A stretch of 64,000 nt of DNA from Harriotta raleighana (Eukaryota). The stretch lies in contig JBNZDD010013732.1 in NCBI GenBank assembly GCA_050575255.1, positions 12,511,776 to 12,575,775 of the forward strand, in the 5' to 3' direction. Shown in pieces: positions 1-14,949 of this stretch (within the stretch, counting starts at the first letter, position 1; every line of letters begins with the position of its first letter). Position numbers and translations under genes: made by a program. Below the pieces are notes generated by a model. It saw nothing but the letters and a program-made list of their open reading frames with translations, had not been told where the DNA came from and did no database searches.

Positions 1-396
1 CCATCAAAATACCAGCTCTCTTCACTTATTTTCACACAGATTTGTGTTAGTTCTTTATTTGAAATAAAAAGAAATGGAATAAGTGATTGAGAGTTCAGCA
101 CATGTACTTTTCAAAGACACTCTATTTTATCTCCCTCTGTAGAAAAACACACCATTTTAACATTCCCACTCCTGTGAAAAAATATTTTTCCAATTGAAAA
201 ATGTCTTGAAATTCTGAACATTTGGATGTTCCAACTGTTTAATCATTTAACAGTGACACATGTAATACATCCATGAAACAGATTCAAATGCCGTTTTATA
301 TTTACTACTTGGAATTGTTGCTCTCAGTTATTGCTAAGTGTCTTGCATAGATGATCATGATATTTCAAATGGATGCTCAGCTATTCAAATGAAGGC

Positions 397-550
397 ATAA
401 AACCAAAGAATGTTTTGGTACAGGAAGAGGCCATTTAGGCCGTTGTACCTGTGCTGGTTCTTTGAAAGCACAGTCCATTCAGTCCCATTTACGTGCTTTT
501 CCCCAAATCTCTTCAAACTCCTCCTTTTTAAGTATCTATCTAGTTCCCTT
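397..550 (-). mobile_element. CR1 LINE 3' fragment
   Basis: The reverse-strand CR1-type end motif (aggccatttaggcc..cagtcccatt) also occurs at 32235. Confidence 0.55.
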
Positions 551-569
551 TGTGTCCAGAGTCCTGATA

Positions 570-1510
570 AAAACAACAACAACGTATTTATATTGCACTT
601 TCCACGTCGGATGGCACCTCAAGGCGCTTCACAATGGTGGAGCCAGAGACCAAGCGAGAGGGAGGGGGAAGATAACCATAGGCGCAATCGAAGAGGATAT
701 TCTGAAGCTGCAGAAGGAGGGGGTGAGGCAAAGTGGTTGAGGGAGGGTCTTCCAAAGTTTCGGGGCATAGTGTTTGGTGGAGCGGAGAATTTAGGGGACA
801 GGGAGGAGGCTGTATCCAGTAGAGATTGGGGGGTGCCAAAAAATGGAGGGAATCAGACACTAGAGTAAGGATTTCAGTTTGATCTGCTCTGTTTTCAGGG
901 AGCCAGTGGAGATTGGCAAGGACTAGGGTAATCGGAGTAGGAAGTTTGGTGACTGTGAGAATGCGGGAGAGTTTTGAATAAGCTGAATTTTGTGAATAGT
1001 GGAGGAGGGGAGAACGGTGAGCAGAGTGTTAGAGTAATCAAGCCAAGAGATGAGAAAGGCATAGACAAGGATTTTGACAGCTTTTGGGGTGATGTATTTT
1101 TGGAGATGGGCAAGGTGGCAGAGGTGGAAGAAATCATTGCTGTGGGTGAGGAAAGATAACTGGAGATTGAACCTGACTCCTAATTTCCACATTGGTTTGG
1201 AGAGTTTTAAGAACAGTTCACATAGGTTAAAAAGGTCAGAATCGTTGGACAGAAGTCTTTGATGGCAGCCAAAAAATATGGCTTTTATCTTGTTGACGTT
1301 TAACTGCAGGAAATTTGCCCTCATCCAGCTCTTGATGTCTGATAGACAAGCTGACAGAGCATCAGGGACTAGGGATTGCAGGTGGTGGAAAGGTAGAGTA
1401 CAGTGTCACCTGCATACATGTGGATGTTAACCCCGTGTCTGCGGATGACACGGGGGAGCAAATAGGCAAGCAAGAGAAGGGGACCAAGGTTGGATCCTTG
1501 GGGTACCCCA
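570..1510 (-). mobile_element. L2 LINE, 5'-truncated
   Basis: (CAA)n tail at 571. The minus strand encodes [23 protein letters not shown] and LDYSN..IQLIQNS (ORF 923..1324). Confidence 0.9.
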
Positions 1511-1524
1511 CAGATGACCCAGCA

Positions 1525-1760
1525 GAAGCTGATCTCAACTACCCTCCTGGTAACCTGTTCCAGTCAGTTGATAACCCTCTGTGGAAAGAAAATCTTCCTG
1601 ATGTCTGATATAAAAATGCCCTTTCCAACTCCAAATCTATGTTCCCTTGTTTCTTGTCTTGTTATTGTTCTGGGTTTTCTATTCCAATCCCATTTAAAGT
1701 TTTGTGAACTTCTCTGAGGTCTCCACTGAGTCATCTCTGAAGGCTGAAGAGCCCTGGCTA
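1525..1760 (-). mobile_element. CR1 LINE fragment
   Basis: Resembles the CR1 RT C-terminal region on the minus strand, like 47595-48100. Confidence 0.55.
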
Positions 1761-2219
1761 TGAGTAAACTGTTAGGGAGAATGGAGGTGTACTAAATTCC
1801 CCCACCTCCAAGAGCAGATGGAGACAACACCAACAAACAACAAAATTACAAAAACTGTATAGAGCACTTTTCACATCGGAAGAACGTATCTAGATCAATC
1901 AGTGTACCAGCAACATTGGATGCATCATTCAGCCCTAGTTCATCACCAGAGACATGTGGATTTCCCCCACCAAGGTTAGAACAACTCCCTGTTAAGCATA
2001 ATGGGCTAGTGTAGCTTTGCCTCCAGCCAAGGATCAAAGTTACTCACTGTGACCATGTGAGATGCACTTCAGGCTGGAAAAACTACAAAGTGTATGTTCA
2101 AAGGGATGTTTTCATTATTAATGATGATAATAATCCTTGCATTTGACATTGCGCTTTACTTATCACATCATCGAACTCTATCAAAGCACTTTACAGGAAT
2201 TTACTGTTAATACTATATA

Positions 2220-3084
2220 CAGTAAAACCCCGTTTATCCGGCACCCATGGGACCTGGCCAGTGGCGGTTAAACCATTTTTCCGGTTGAACAAATTCATTT
2301 TTTAAATGAATTTTTAATTTTTTTAACATTATTTTAACACATACCATATTACTAATAAACTAAATAACAACAGAATATTGTATTAATACTTTTATTTATA
2401 CTTAACTTCACAATCGCAGCCCTCACCTGACCTATTTTAAGTCAAATGGACCAAAGTAGCAATTTCTGTGTTGTAATAACTTAGACAAGCATCACTATGG
2501 TGAGTTTCCATTAACAGATAAAAACCACCGAAGTAANNNNNNNNNNNNNNNNNNNNNNNNNNNNNNNNNNNNNNNNNNNNNNNNNNNNNNNNNNNNNNNN
2601 NNNNNNNNNNNNNNNNNNNNNNNNNNNNNNNNNNNNNNNNNNNNNNNNNNNNNNNNNNNNNNNNNNNNNNNNNNNNNNNNNNNNNNNNNNNNNNNNNNNN
2701 NNNNNNNNNNNNNNNNNNNNNNNNNNNNNNNNNNNNNNNNNNNNNNNNNNNNNNNNNNNNNNNNNNNNNNNNNNNNNNNNNNNNNNNNNNNNNNNNNNNN
2801 NNNNNNNNNNNNNNNNNNNNNNNNNNNNNNNNNNNNNNNNNNNNNNNNNNNNNNNNNNNNNNNNNNNNNNNNNGTCTCTCTATCTGTGTTTGTGTGGCCC
2901 TCTCTCTCACCTGTAAATTGCTGCTCTCCAGGGCTCTGAGCATCTAACCAGTTTAGACACGCCTAGTGGCAAACCCTGAGTACTGTACTCGCTTGCAACA
3001 GTCCATTCATTAAACGCGACATCAGTATTGGAGGTTGAATGGGTTTTCCGGTTCATCGAGTCACGGATAAATAAAGTTTTACTG
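2220..3084. mobile_element. pogo/Tigger-like MITE spanning the N-gap, inserted in a SINE
   Basis: TIRs CAGTAAAACCCCGTTTATCCG / CGGATAAATAAAGTTTTACTG with TA on both sides. SINE sequence lies on either side (2128-2219 and 3085-3150). Confidence 0.75.
2536..2873. other. Assembly gap
   Basis: Run of N. Confidence 0.99.
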
Positions 3085-3475
3085 TATTTGTAGGTGAACC
3101 CAGCAGGTAATTTGCATGCAGCAATGTCCCACAAACAAATGACCAATTTTTCCTAAAGAATTGTTGGCCAGCACGGTTCTGGTCCATAATTCTGCCTAAT
3201 AACTGTTGCTTATTGCCAGCATTGCTTTGAAAGGCACAACCAAGCCCAAATAACTTGAAATATACAAATTTGATCTTTGTCCAAAATGTCATGCTGTTTG
3301 AAACAACAAATGCATTATTGGCCCTGGTTATGGAAAAGTAAAGCATTTCCAACACATGCTGAATCACATCTTTATGCTACACAAGAAGAAAAGGTTACTT
3401 CAAATACTTATAGCGAACATAATTAAAATCTTTACTTTTCCAAAGATAAGCATGTGCCCAAAACACTTGTAAAAA

Positions 3476-3783
3476 TCCTTGCATTTGAAAGCGCTTCACA
3501 GAATACACTGTAAAATAAATTGACTATATTTTGTGGGCGAAACACGGCATCCTATGACGCACAGCATTGTTCCAGAAGCCGTCATGGATTGAAAATTATT
3601 TTTATATTTTTGAAGGGATCATCACCCAGTAAATGTGATCCACCAATCAACTAACAACCAGCTTTCTCCTGAGCCCCAAGTAAACAGAGGAAAACTCTCC
3701 CAACGTTTCATCCTGCCCGGGAATTGAACCCAGGTCCTCTTGTTTGTGAGACGAGTGCTCCAACCACTAAGCTACAGGACTCC
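3476..3783 (-). mobile_element. tRNA-headed SINE (young family)
   Basis: Matches the head, body and tail of the copy at 54478-54810. Confidence 0.85.
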
Positions 3784-4083
3784 AGATGAAGAATACTTGG
3801 CAGATTCAAATTATAATCTTCTAAGTAAATGATTCCACACCAGTACACAATTGCGTACATTATGCCAGGATTACTGAAACAATTCCAAGCAATTCAAAGG
3901 CATTTAAGTCCATTACAAACAATGCTGTAAAGGATTTCCTTCATCATCACTGTTACAATTCCAAATCAATTTGTTGTTTAGCTAAATGCATCAGTTTACT
4001 ACTTTGAATATAGTTCGATAGTTTATTAAATCTTGATAGTTTAAATGTCCTTGACCTTTCTACTGGCCAGTTGTTGCTATGTA

Positions 4084-4468
4084 CAGTAAAATCTCGTTCA
4101 TCCGTGACCCGATCAACCGGAATGCTCGACCCCTTCCTGGGGATATTCCCCATTCCAGAATCACAAGTTTGCTCATTTTGCACATGCGTGCAATGCGGGC
4201 GCACGCGCATTTAGTAAACTTACGAACTTGGTTTTTTTTACCGATCGGTAAAAAATGCTGTTTTACTGATTTTTTCCCGACTGTGCTGGAATGCTTTATT
4301 GGTAAGTATCCATACAATATTCTGTTACTATTTAATGTATTATTAACATGGTATGTTTGAAAATAAGTTAATTTTTTTATGTTGGGTTTTCGGCGACTTG
4401 TCCCTCGTTATCCGGCAGAGTCAATTAGTCGACCCCCCCAAACAGGCTGGATAAACAGAGTTTTACTG
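4084..4468. mobile_element. pogo/Tigger-like MITE
   Basis: CAGTAAAA..TTTTACTG TIRs and TA duplication. Reverse complement of 48184-48562. Confidence 0.9.
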
Positions 4469-4767
4469 TAAATGCAATAATTGTACATTTGCAATGGTGG
4501 GGGGAGTAATTGGTATGCACTATTCTGTTTATGCTTGATAAGTGACAACACTGTAAATGGAGTAGTTCCTCTCAATTCACCCACATCGTTCCCCAAAGGA
4601 TGTTCACATTGAGGCCTCAAATGTTAATAGTATTTAATTCTATTGTGAGCTTTATCCTTCCTGTATTGCCTCGGGGTCCAGATGCCAAAGATGCTGGTTT
4701 ATTATGGTAAGAATTGGTTTCCACCGTGGTTTACATCTTTTTTCCTGGTTGCAACTCCTTCACAATC

Positions 4768-5050
4768 ACAACAACTAGCTATATTTACTTCTCGCAGGAT
4801 AGCATCTAGGAGCACTGCAAGGTAATTGGGTTGGACGCTGAGCAAGGGAGAAAGGGGAGGTGACTACAGGTGAAGTTGAAAGGGTAAGTCTTAAAGTGGG
4901 ATTTAAAGATAGATAAAGATGGGTGAAGCAGATGGATTGACGTGAGTAATTCCAGGAGTTAGGGGCATCGAGGTTGAGGGCATGGTCACGGATGGTGGCA
5001 TGGAGAGGTCCAGTGGGGCACACAGTAGGCCTGTGTTAGCTGAGCAAAAG
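4768..5050 (-). mobile_element. Old L2 3' fragment
   Basis: Degenerate L2 3' end with a CAA tail. Confidence 0.6.
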
Positions 5051-8000
5051 GGCTAGAGTGATGTTGCTTCTCCAACCTTTCTCTGTGATTGGAGAAAACA
5101 CCACCATAAATATGGAATAGCCATTATAACATCTACCAGGCATTTTTTCCCGTGAAGAAATAGGTCAAAAGGTGAACGGAAGAGAGTTTTGCATGAACTC
5201 TTAACAGCTGACTCGACTAGAATTGACACCATCCTGTTCTAAACTAAGTGTCTAATCACATTTACAGCTGCACGAAAGAATATTGCCTTTGGGTTGATGA
5301 CAAAATATGGGGTTGAATATATGCAGAAATGTGGAGCATTAATAAATTGACCTACTTTTACAAAAGGTTTCTCTACGAAACTATAGTATCACAGTGTGCG
5401 AGTGAAATGCACATGGCAACCTGAATGGAAGAGTGGACAGATTGCAGGAGCTTTTGATTGGAAGGAAACTGCAAGTCACACACTTTAGAATTGATTCTGA
5501 GAAGTGCTTTAAGATATTTCACAATGTTTTAAGGCACTTTAGGAAATACAAGGATTATTATTATTATTGTCATTATTATTATAACAAATAGAATTGGACA
5601 TGTATTCCCAGATTATTAGAATTTGGAATGCTCTGCGACGTGAAGTTGTAGACGCAGAGTCTTGTGCTCAAATTGGCTGCTTCATTGGTTTTCAAAAAAA
5701 AGTCACTAGATTTTACATCCTCCAGTCACTGACTGCTTCACCAGTAGAAATAGCCTAATCCTATTTAACGAGTCATAATTTTATATATCTCAAAAACTCA
5801 TGAGTCTTAGAATGTTGTGACTTTATTATTATAATCTAAACAGAGGAAGCAGAATTTAAGAAGATTCAGAGTACTGTATAACTACATCTACCGAGCCAAT
5901 TATAAGCTTTAGCAAAAGGTAAAAGAAATGAAAGAAAGCAGCCCCAAGATAGAGCCTGAGGATCCCAGGACTTCTGAGACTTGCATCTCTAACGTGGAGT
6001 AAAGCAACATGATTTAGGACAGTCCTTTGAGACATTTATATATATATATATATATAAAACCTGTGGTCACTCAATCCATGACTGTGTGTGGGACATTATC
6101 ATGTGCAATTGGCTGACAGGTTTGCATACAAAATACAGTCAATCTACTTATATATTCTGTGAAGTGCTTTGAAGTGGCTCAATGATGTGATAAGGCGCTA
6201 TATTATATGCAACAATTATTATTACATGTAGTCCTTTTATTCAAATTGCCCAAATTCCTTCTAACCCATCCAGACTAGTTGAAGATATTTTACAACAAAG
6301 ATAATTTAATTACTGCAACTATTAGAAGAAAAGTGTTGAAGCTTATAAGTACTACCAAATTGCCAGTAATATGTAGAAAATTACATACCTATCCACTACA
6401 CCTCATCCTCTAACTCACCTTTAAAGCCCAGCTGTTACCCTTCCAGCCACACTTTTGGACCTTTCACATACCCTCCTCAGCTTCCTCCCTCTCAGCTTGG
6501 GCTCCTTATTAGATGTGCAAGAAAGCACTTTGTAACATCCACCTGATGTGAAGGGTACTACATAAATGTAAATTCTTATTGTTTAAAGCACCTGATGGCC
6601 TGCTTTTATTCTGAAGTTAGAGTTTGATGTAAGAAAAATGGAAAATCATGTCTTGCTTGTTTCTGTATCTATGGCATTTCCAGAAACTATAGTTTTAGTC
6701 TTATATCTTTTGGAGGATCACTCTAAATTGCAGGGGATCATTTCAAAATCCATACAATATGTAATTCCAAGAAAGACACTCAGTACACTGGAATTCAGAT
6801 GGAATGTTTCAGTTTTTGTCTAAATACCTGTATTGTATAACTATGTGTATATATATATTAGATAATATTTCTATGCATTATACTTGATTCTAATCATATA
6901 TGTATAATGATTACATAATAACATACAATAGGTATTTATATTACATATACTGTATTCTGAAGGCACAAATTAATCAGTGAGCAATTCAAGGGTTAACATA
7001 CCACATCAACAAAACTGCACTGTGTCATCATCCAGCAGTAATACACCACATGTATTTTGCTAATGTAATTATCAACATTAAAGCAGATATTTAGTTTACA
7101 TGTTAACGTTTTTTTTAAAACCACTATTAGGAACTACCATTAGTGCAATTATTTTTCTTATTAAGATTGCAGCGCGCATCTGCATTTCACGCTGAGCTAC
7201 CGGATGTGCACTGCTTGCTTCTGTTAGATATGCTAAATTAGACAATTTCATACCTGCCACCTACTCATTATCCATAAAATAAATAGGAAGAATGAGAGAA
7301 TAATAAAGACATAACTAGCAGTGCGAATATTGCAGAGGGACTCTACAGAGAGAAAATACAAGGTGAAGGGAAGCTAATAACAATGTTCAGTAGGACGGTT
7401 TTTAACCCTGAAAAGTCTATTCTTTACCTCCATGTTCTTTTAAGTATCATAGTCTCAAATCCGTTACAAAAGAGAGAGAGACAGTGAACAAAAAACAACA
7501 TTTAATGAATGGGAAACGACAGCCTGTAATTTCAATGGAAGAATAGTAATTAAGACATAATGCATTACTGGATGAAGGATGAATAGCAAGAGGACCAAAA
7601 ATCCAGGCTTAGTAAGATATGTGACTCATTCATTAGTTGACTTTTTAGATAGTATATCATTTAAAGTGTTGCATGAAATGGCAAGCATAAAAGGGGAAGG
7701 TATGGTCCAGCGGCACACTAATTAAATCAGAAATCACGAAGAGGATACATCAGGAGATTAAATGATGGGATTGAGGGCTAGGAAGATAATAAAAGCAAAA
7801 CTCGGACAATAAATAACATGTATAAAATTACAGGAATAACCATCCTTATTATCGGTGTTATAGTCGACTGTACGGTGACAGGTCATTTCAGTAAATTCTT
7901 TCCATTATTTAATACTGCTGGAATGACGGATTGCACTTGTTTTAAAGCATTTCCATGGATTTATAACTATAGTCTTAGATGTGAATTACTGCTATAATTA

Positions 8001-8484
8001 GAATGAACAAAGAAGTGTTTAACATATTTTGCCCCTTATGCCATCGGATGTATGCTTGATAACCCTTTCGGGGATATGACCAGCTATTTTTGTGTAGCCT
8101 CTAATTTGACTGGCACCCTCCTGTCAGCGATTGTACAAGTGATTCTGACTGTGTTCACCAACAAATGCACAGTCACTACAGTTCACCTTTGAGCAAAAAA
8201 TCCTGTAAAACACTTTGAGATGTCTTCACAACGTGTCGAAGAGCCATTATCATTTATCTTATTATAATAATCCTTACATTTGATAGTGTCTTTGATGTGG
8301 TCGCAATGTCTTAACGCTCTTCACAAGATTTTTATTGTTAAGTGTCGTGACTAATTTTGTAGGCGTACGTGACAACAAGAATTGCACACTGATTCTGCTA
8401 CGAGGCACAAAGTATTGAAACATATGAGCAACAAAGCAAGAAATATGAAATATAATGTTCACGGCAGCTCACCAATTCTTTATA

Positions 8485-8907
8485 CAGTAAAATTTCAGGA
8501 CCTAGGCGATCCAAATTAGCAAATATGCCAGGTTATTGAACGTTACTCTTAGGGATGGGAGGATTTGAATGTGTTGTGCTCTTATCTATGTTACATACTT
8601 GTATAGGGAAACCTAGAGCTCTCCCCATCCCGACGGAGCAGGCGGTCTGCCTAAAGAGGCATCGAACCCGCCGAAAGTTAATTTTTTTAAAACTAGAATT
8701 GCACACGGACGCACTTATTAAAGTGCGCATGCCCACTTATTAAACGTCATGTCAGTGACGGGCTCCTGAGGAAAGTGCACCGAGTAGTCTGAAGGCTCTC
8801 TGGGAATAGATGCTCGTGGAGATGCGCATATTGGAAAAGGGCAGACCATCGCAGATGCCTATAACGCATTCTGGATTAACAGGTACCGGATTAAAGGAAT
8901 TTTACTA
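8485..8907. mobile_element. Tigger-like MITE with a partly deleted left TIR
   Basis: TA-CAGTAAAATT ... CCGGATTAAAGGAATTTTACTA-TA, with a CpG-rich interior. Confidence 0.6.
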
Positions 8908-9289
8908 TATTTGCTTCAAAATGAACCTACGTATCACTGAGGCCAGGTTAAATTCTTTTAGGAAGGATTTAGGCGGATGTTTAAGTAAAAGGCATATTGA
9001 AGGGTGTGGGGAACAAGTAGATGAGTGAGAATAGACTGGATAGCTCATGTGAAGAAAAACAGCACCAAATGGACTGAATCGATGTTTCCACGATTCTATG
9101 TCTGACTGCTAACCTTTGATGATGCATTTGTTAATTGCAAAAGGTATACAATATGTCATTTCAGGACAGGGTCTGTCCCTTTGCAGGTCAGCCGGCATTA
9201 TTGCTGATTATCATGTGTCAAAATGCAAGGATTATTCAGCAGGATTCTCACTTTTCAGTCAGAACTTTGAATTATTTTATTCTTGGCTG

Positions 9290-9510
9290 ACATTCCAGGG
9301 GAGGGCTGCATTGCTAGAGGTACTGGCCATCGTATGAGTTATCAAATCAAGGATCTGTTTGACTCATCAGCTGGATGTTAAAGATCCCAAAGCACTATTC
9401 AAAAAGAGAATGAAATTTCTCCTAATGTCCTGGCCAACAATCCCTTAGAATCAAATTGGTCAAACATGACTGTATTTAGGACATCACTGAGCATGAGATG
9501 GCTGCCTATG
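9290..9510 (+). mobile_element. Old Deu-domain SINE fragment
   Basis: Core motif ggatgttaaagatccca..cactattc..gtcctggccaac. Confidence 0.7.
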
Positions 9511-11149
9511 TAATGCATGGGCAAACTGGGGTAAACAAATACCTCAAGCCCTTGGGTAAATAGACACTACCAACTCAGGGACTATAATCCAGCAAAGAAG
9601 GAACAAACTGAACTCTCCACCCACCGCCACAATAGCAATGTTAACGTATCACCTGTGATTGTGTGATACAAATTGGCACAGGTAGATTAACATATTGTAC
9701 ATTGATGTGTCAGAAACTAGTTTTATAGGACTTTAAATGCATTGATGTACATCTTCAGAGGCATTTGGAGCACAATGCACATAGTGTAAAACAGTAAGCT
9801 ATTTTTAATATCAATATTTACTGCATCCAGAACCACTTAAAAATGAACAAGTCATGTAGCAGGATTAGCTGTAGGGCAGTTGAAAATCAGATGTGTACAG
9901 ATAGCAGTAACAGTGGGGAGTGGAGACTTATCATGCTGGGTTCTTCTGCATTAATGGGACTGAGTCAGTTTAACTGGAACCAAAGCAAGTCTCTGAAATA
10001 CATCTTGTTCGCTCATCTTTAACCAACTATGTCAGGTGAGATCAGTGGTTTACAATCTTCAGGTGATGAATATTAATACTGTATTGCTATTGACATCCAT
10101 TTCTAGTTTTGATAACTGCTGTCACTTCTGCAGCTGTAACAATATTAATTTTGCAAAAAAGTCAAACCATTTTTAATGTAAACTATTTTCCTACAGAATT
10201 CAAGGAAAATGCTAAGAAATTTTATGTTTCTTAACATTTTACCGACCCTTTTGACCGATGCCAATATGACCATGTTTATAAAATAGCCCATTGAATTGAT
10301 ATCTGGTGACAGATGTTTTCTTTCTGGCACCTAAGAGGCGGTGTTAGAAAAAAGTAATCTCAGCTTGCTCGTACCTCAGAGCCCATTTATTTTTATTGGA
10401 AATTCCCTCCCTCTCTCTGATATTTGCTCACAGCAGCCTATTTGAGCTTTGAGTCCTTCCCCTCAGCTTGGAACTGGATCATTGGGATGATAACTCCATC
10501 ATAACACTAATAAACCTCCGTGCTTAGCTAATATAAGCAACACTCTGAGATAAATTAGCAAGGTCAATCTTTTCCTTCCAACCCTCTCTCTGAGAGCTTG
10601 AGCTACAACATGCACCTGAAGTTCGAAGTGAGAGTTGGTGAAATGTGTTTGCTTCAGTGGTCAAAGAAGGACCTTGGACCTACGATTATCTGCTGAGAAG
10701 CCAGGTATTCCACTGCTTATGTTGCTGGTTCACCTAATAACCTCAGCAATAGAAACACAGCTGAGATCCAAATTTACATTTGTTCATTTCTCATGTACGA
10801 TTAAACTACCATTAAACTGTACTACCACCCAACCTGTTGTCATAGTACCCTTTGCACAAATTGCTATCAGCAACCCACAATTGTACTACACTCCTACATT
10901 TTATCCACAGAGAATGGCCTACATGAAAGAAACTATGTGATATATTTTATTATTTTACCTGTGCCTCGTAATTCTCTGCATTGGTTGAGTAGAACTTGCA
11001 TCAATCAGGTATTTCCTCTGCAAAGCTTCATAAAGCCAGGGAACAATATTTTCAATTCTTAATAATATCTCAATTGAGTTATCAAAGACTGCACAGCAAC
11101 CCTATCAACAAAAATTCTTGCATTTGATGGTGCCTAATAGTGCCTGATA

Positions 11150-11860
11150 GTGAAAGTGCCTTTCTGCAGCTGAACATGGACAAGATGGATGCCAAACTCC
11201 TTGACTCCAGTCAACATCTTCACTCCTGTGGATCTAAACTCCTCAACTACCCTGGGCTCTCCCTCAGACTCATTAAACCAGTGCATAACCCAGTTGTCTT
11301 TCCTCTCCCACAAGTGGTCTTTGACCAGGTCCGCTGCCTTCTACCTCCGTCACATTGCTCGCCTCTGACCATACCCTACCTCAAATACAGCTGAAACCCT
11401 TGTGCATGCGCTTGTCACCTCCCGCTGGGATTGCTCCAATGTACTCCTCGTTGGTGTTCCACACTCCACCTCTCAAAAGATCCAACTCATTCAGAACTCT
11501 GCCGCCCGCATAATGACATGGACCAACCTCTGTACCCAATTCTCAACAGTTCTGGCCAGGCTCCACTGGCTCTCCATCACCAAATGGATTGACTTCAAGA
11601 TACTCACACTTGTATTGAAATGCACACTCTAAGGCACCTCCCTACCTCTCCAACCTCCTCATTCCGCTTGACTGGCACAGGCCTCCTACTCGGCCCTCGC
11701 ACCCTCTGCCCCACCATCGGAGGTCACGCTTTCAGTCACTACACCCCAAAACTCTGGAACACTCTCCCTTGCCCCCTTTTCTTTGCTGTTTCAAGTCCTG
11801 CATGAAAACTATTCTCTTCAAGCATTTTTTGCGGCCACCTCCCCCTTCTTCCCGCCTGTG
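11150..11860 (+). mobile_element. L2 LINE fragment
   Basis: FLQLN, HALVTSRWDCSN, IQLIQNSAARI, LHWL. Confidence 0.9.
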
Positions 11861-14282
11861 AATAGCCAAAAAGTGAATGCCCAACTTTATCTGGAGATTG
11901 TTGGCAAGAACAATGGGAGAATCTTCCTCTGAATAGTGCCTTGGGATTTTTAACGTTCACCTGACTAAGCAGACCATATTTCAGTTTAGTGTTTATCCGA
12001 CATGACAATGCAATCCCCCCCCACCCCTAGTACTGCACTAGTTGTGTACATAAACCCCGAAAACAAGGCTGATTGAATATATATTGATATTCTAATCATC
12101 AGTGAAACTTGCTAAAGATATTCTCTTCACTTCAATCAATTTATGTTGGCCTTGTGACCTTAGAATGGGAAACTCTGGAATTTTCCCATCTCAGCTTGGG
12201 ATATTTTACCTTGGCTTGGAATATGGGGAAGAATATTGTCTCTGTCCTAAAACAAGCACTCTACTCAGCTAATTGTACAATAATATTAATGCTTATCTGG
12301 GAGTAATCCATGGCTTGTGTTCCTGCCCTGGTTGTAGGTTGGCCAAAAGCTCTCATTGCAAATACAGAGGTGCAAAAATAAATACATTAGAACCTCTCTC
12401 TCTCTCTCCCCCACCCCCACCTTCACCCACTTTCCTCCTATATGCTTCACACACACACACACACACAAAAAAACTTTTGGTGGGAAAGGGAAACATTTTT
12501 AATCTCATTACATTTTAATCATTTTGAAGTATAATATTTCTCTACATTGGTTTATAACCATTCTCATTTGTACTAATGGAATTATAATAATGATGATTAT
12601 AATTTGATTTGAAACATGGTAATTTGGTATCTGGCACTCGCAGTTCTTAATACAGTACTACAGGCTACAATGTAACAACCTGTATTAGTATCCTCAGTAG
12701 TATATTATATAGTACTTCTGGTTAGTTGAGATAATTAAAATTAACATCACGGTCTAAGTTTCAGGCAATTTCTTCTTTAAATTTCAGAAAAGTGTTTCTT
12801 AAGGACTCCTTAATAAAATATTAACTTTGTACACATGAACATAACTTCATAAATGTCTTCAGTTTCTGCACCAAAAAAATCTAGCATTAAACTGGTGGAA
12901 CATTAAGCTTTGATTAAGGAATTTGATGATCTTTTAAAAAAACACAAACTTTTTTTTCCCCCAGTTTCTGATTCAAGCTTTAATGTGCTGCATTTTCGCC
13001 TGAAGTTTGATATTTCCCGAAGCAGAGTAAAATATTCATAATATGATCAAAATGGCACTTTGCCAATGGCTGTGATTAAAAACCAAAGTTAATCAATTAA
13101 GTGTGTTTCAATTTACATTACACTCATCAGGTCTTTAACTCGGATTAAATGGCAGAATTCAAGAGATTCAATAAAGTCAGCACTGTTACTACAGAATTAA
13201 AGACTTTCAACTGTGCGTGGCACAGGAGGTTAAAGTCTCTTTTGTTGAAAATGACCTTTCCCATAGAGTAAGGTGGTCTAAAATAGCTCTCATTGTAATC
13301 TAAGAGAAAGAAAATTACCCTCTCCAGTTCAAATATAAAATTAGAAAGCAGAACTTTCAGCTCAATTGGTTATGGGACAACATTATTCTGCCCTTATTGA
13401 ATTCATTGCAAGTTGATTGTAATAAAAGCAATGTCTTCCCAGCCTTTATCAGAACTGGTCCAGTCCTGTGAACAGTGAATAGGAGAGCACTAATCCTGGA
13501 CCTTCAATGACTTCATAAATCAGAACTTTCAGAGCCTGTCATGGGCTCAATAATGAGGGTCATTATTCAGCCAGAGTGTCAAAACTACTATCAAAGGACC
13601 TTCGGAGAACTGCACTCATTCTCTTTCTTGTTAAATAAGCAAGTAGTATACAAAAATGGCAAACAAGAAGCAGGTCAACCTGATACAGTGCAGGGGCATG
13701 GAGACCTCTAGAGTAATTTACCCTTTGGGGATACTGATCATAGGGGAGATAAATTATGTGCTCTCTCCATAAGATTAATGGCAATACAAATCCAAGCAGT
13801 GTTTTCTAAAATAGGCTACACAGAACTGTGAAACTAACAACATATTTTTATGCATAACAGATGGTAAACAACACAAACTGATTAACACTAAGACATTTTT
13901 ATGTCTGTTAAAGTAATAGATTGCATGCTAATAACCATTCTATCTCATTTTGTTTAAGTAACTGCATTGTCATTTGCTACCTTTTAGCGTAAGGAAGAAA
14001 TTAAATGTGAGACAATATTTTTTAACTAAATTTTTCCACATTCTTGCGCTTTAATATTCCCATGGCTTCGTTGGAGTACATGTTTTCATCAGCCTGGCTC
14101 ACTGGTGTTTCTACCAAGTCAACAATGTTGCTGGCTGCATGTTTAGCCAAGAGGAGATTAACTTTTATGGGGCTTCAGTAGTCCTGACAGTGTTCTGCTT
14201 ACCTTACAAGCTCTTCCAAATTCAGGTCTGGCAGAAACCATGATGAGGGTTGGAGATGCTGAACATTTGTCCATATTACAGA

Positions 14283-14770
14283 ATAATAATCGTTGTATTT
14301 TATCGTGCTTTAGCGCTTTATCATGTTTTTGAGTCATCTCAAATGGCTTCACAGAATATACTGTAAAGTAAATAATAATAATAATCCTTGCATTTGATAC
14401 AGCGCTTTTCACGTCTTCTAGACATCTCAAAGTGCTTCACAGAATATACTGTAAAGTGAATTGATTGTATATTTTGTGGGCTTCACAGTATGCATTGTAA
14501 AGTGTACTTTATTTTATGAGCAAACAAGCCGGTCGATTTTTGCACAGCATTGTCACAAAATCAGTGATGGACTGACTACTTGACCAATTGTTAGCCAGCA
14601 TACCACCAGAAACTCGCTCTCTTTTCAAGTAATACTTTGGGATCTTTTAACGTCCTGTACATAAACTGAAGAGGCAGATGGGATATCAGTTTAACATCTC
14701 ATCCAACGGATAGTACCTCTATTAATGGAGTGCATTCACAGCATACCACTGGATGGTCAGCCCAGACTAT
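14283..14770 (-). mobile_element. Nested SINE tails on an old Deu-domain SINE
   Basis: Three successive SINE tail segments, then a minus-strand Deu core. Confidence 0.7.
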
Positions 14771-14949
14771 TGCCTGCAAAAAGCAAAATGACAGTTACTC
14801 ATTGCAAAATATGTCATCGTGTTTCTTTTTAGAAAGATGATAGAGCCACATCTGGCAACTTATAGACCAAAGCTCAATAACTTAAAAAATAATGGAGTCT
14901 CTCACAAAAAAGAAAACTAGAATTACAATAGTCTAATAAATGACAGCCA

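Noticed and set aside
14427-14442. CAAAGTGCTTCACAG resembling the miR-17 family 5' end
   Set aside because: Part of the SINE tail on the antisense strand, with no precursor hairpin.
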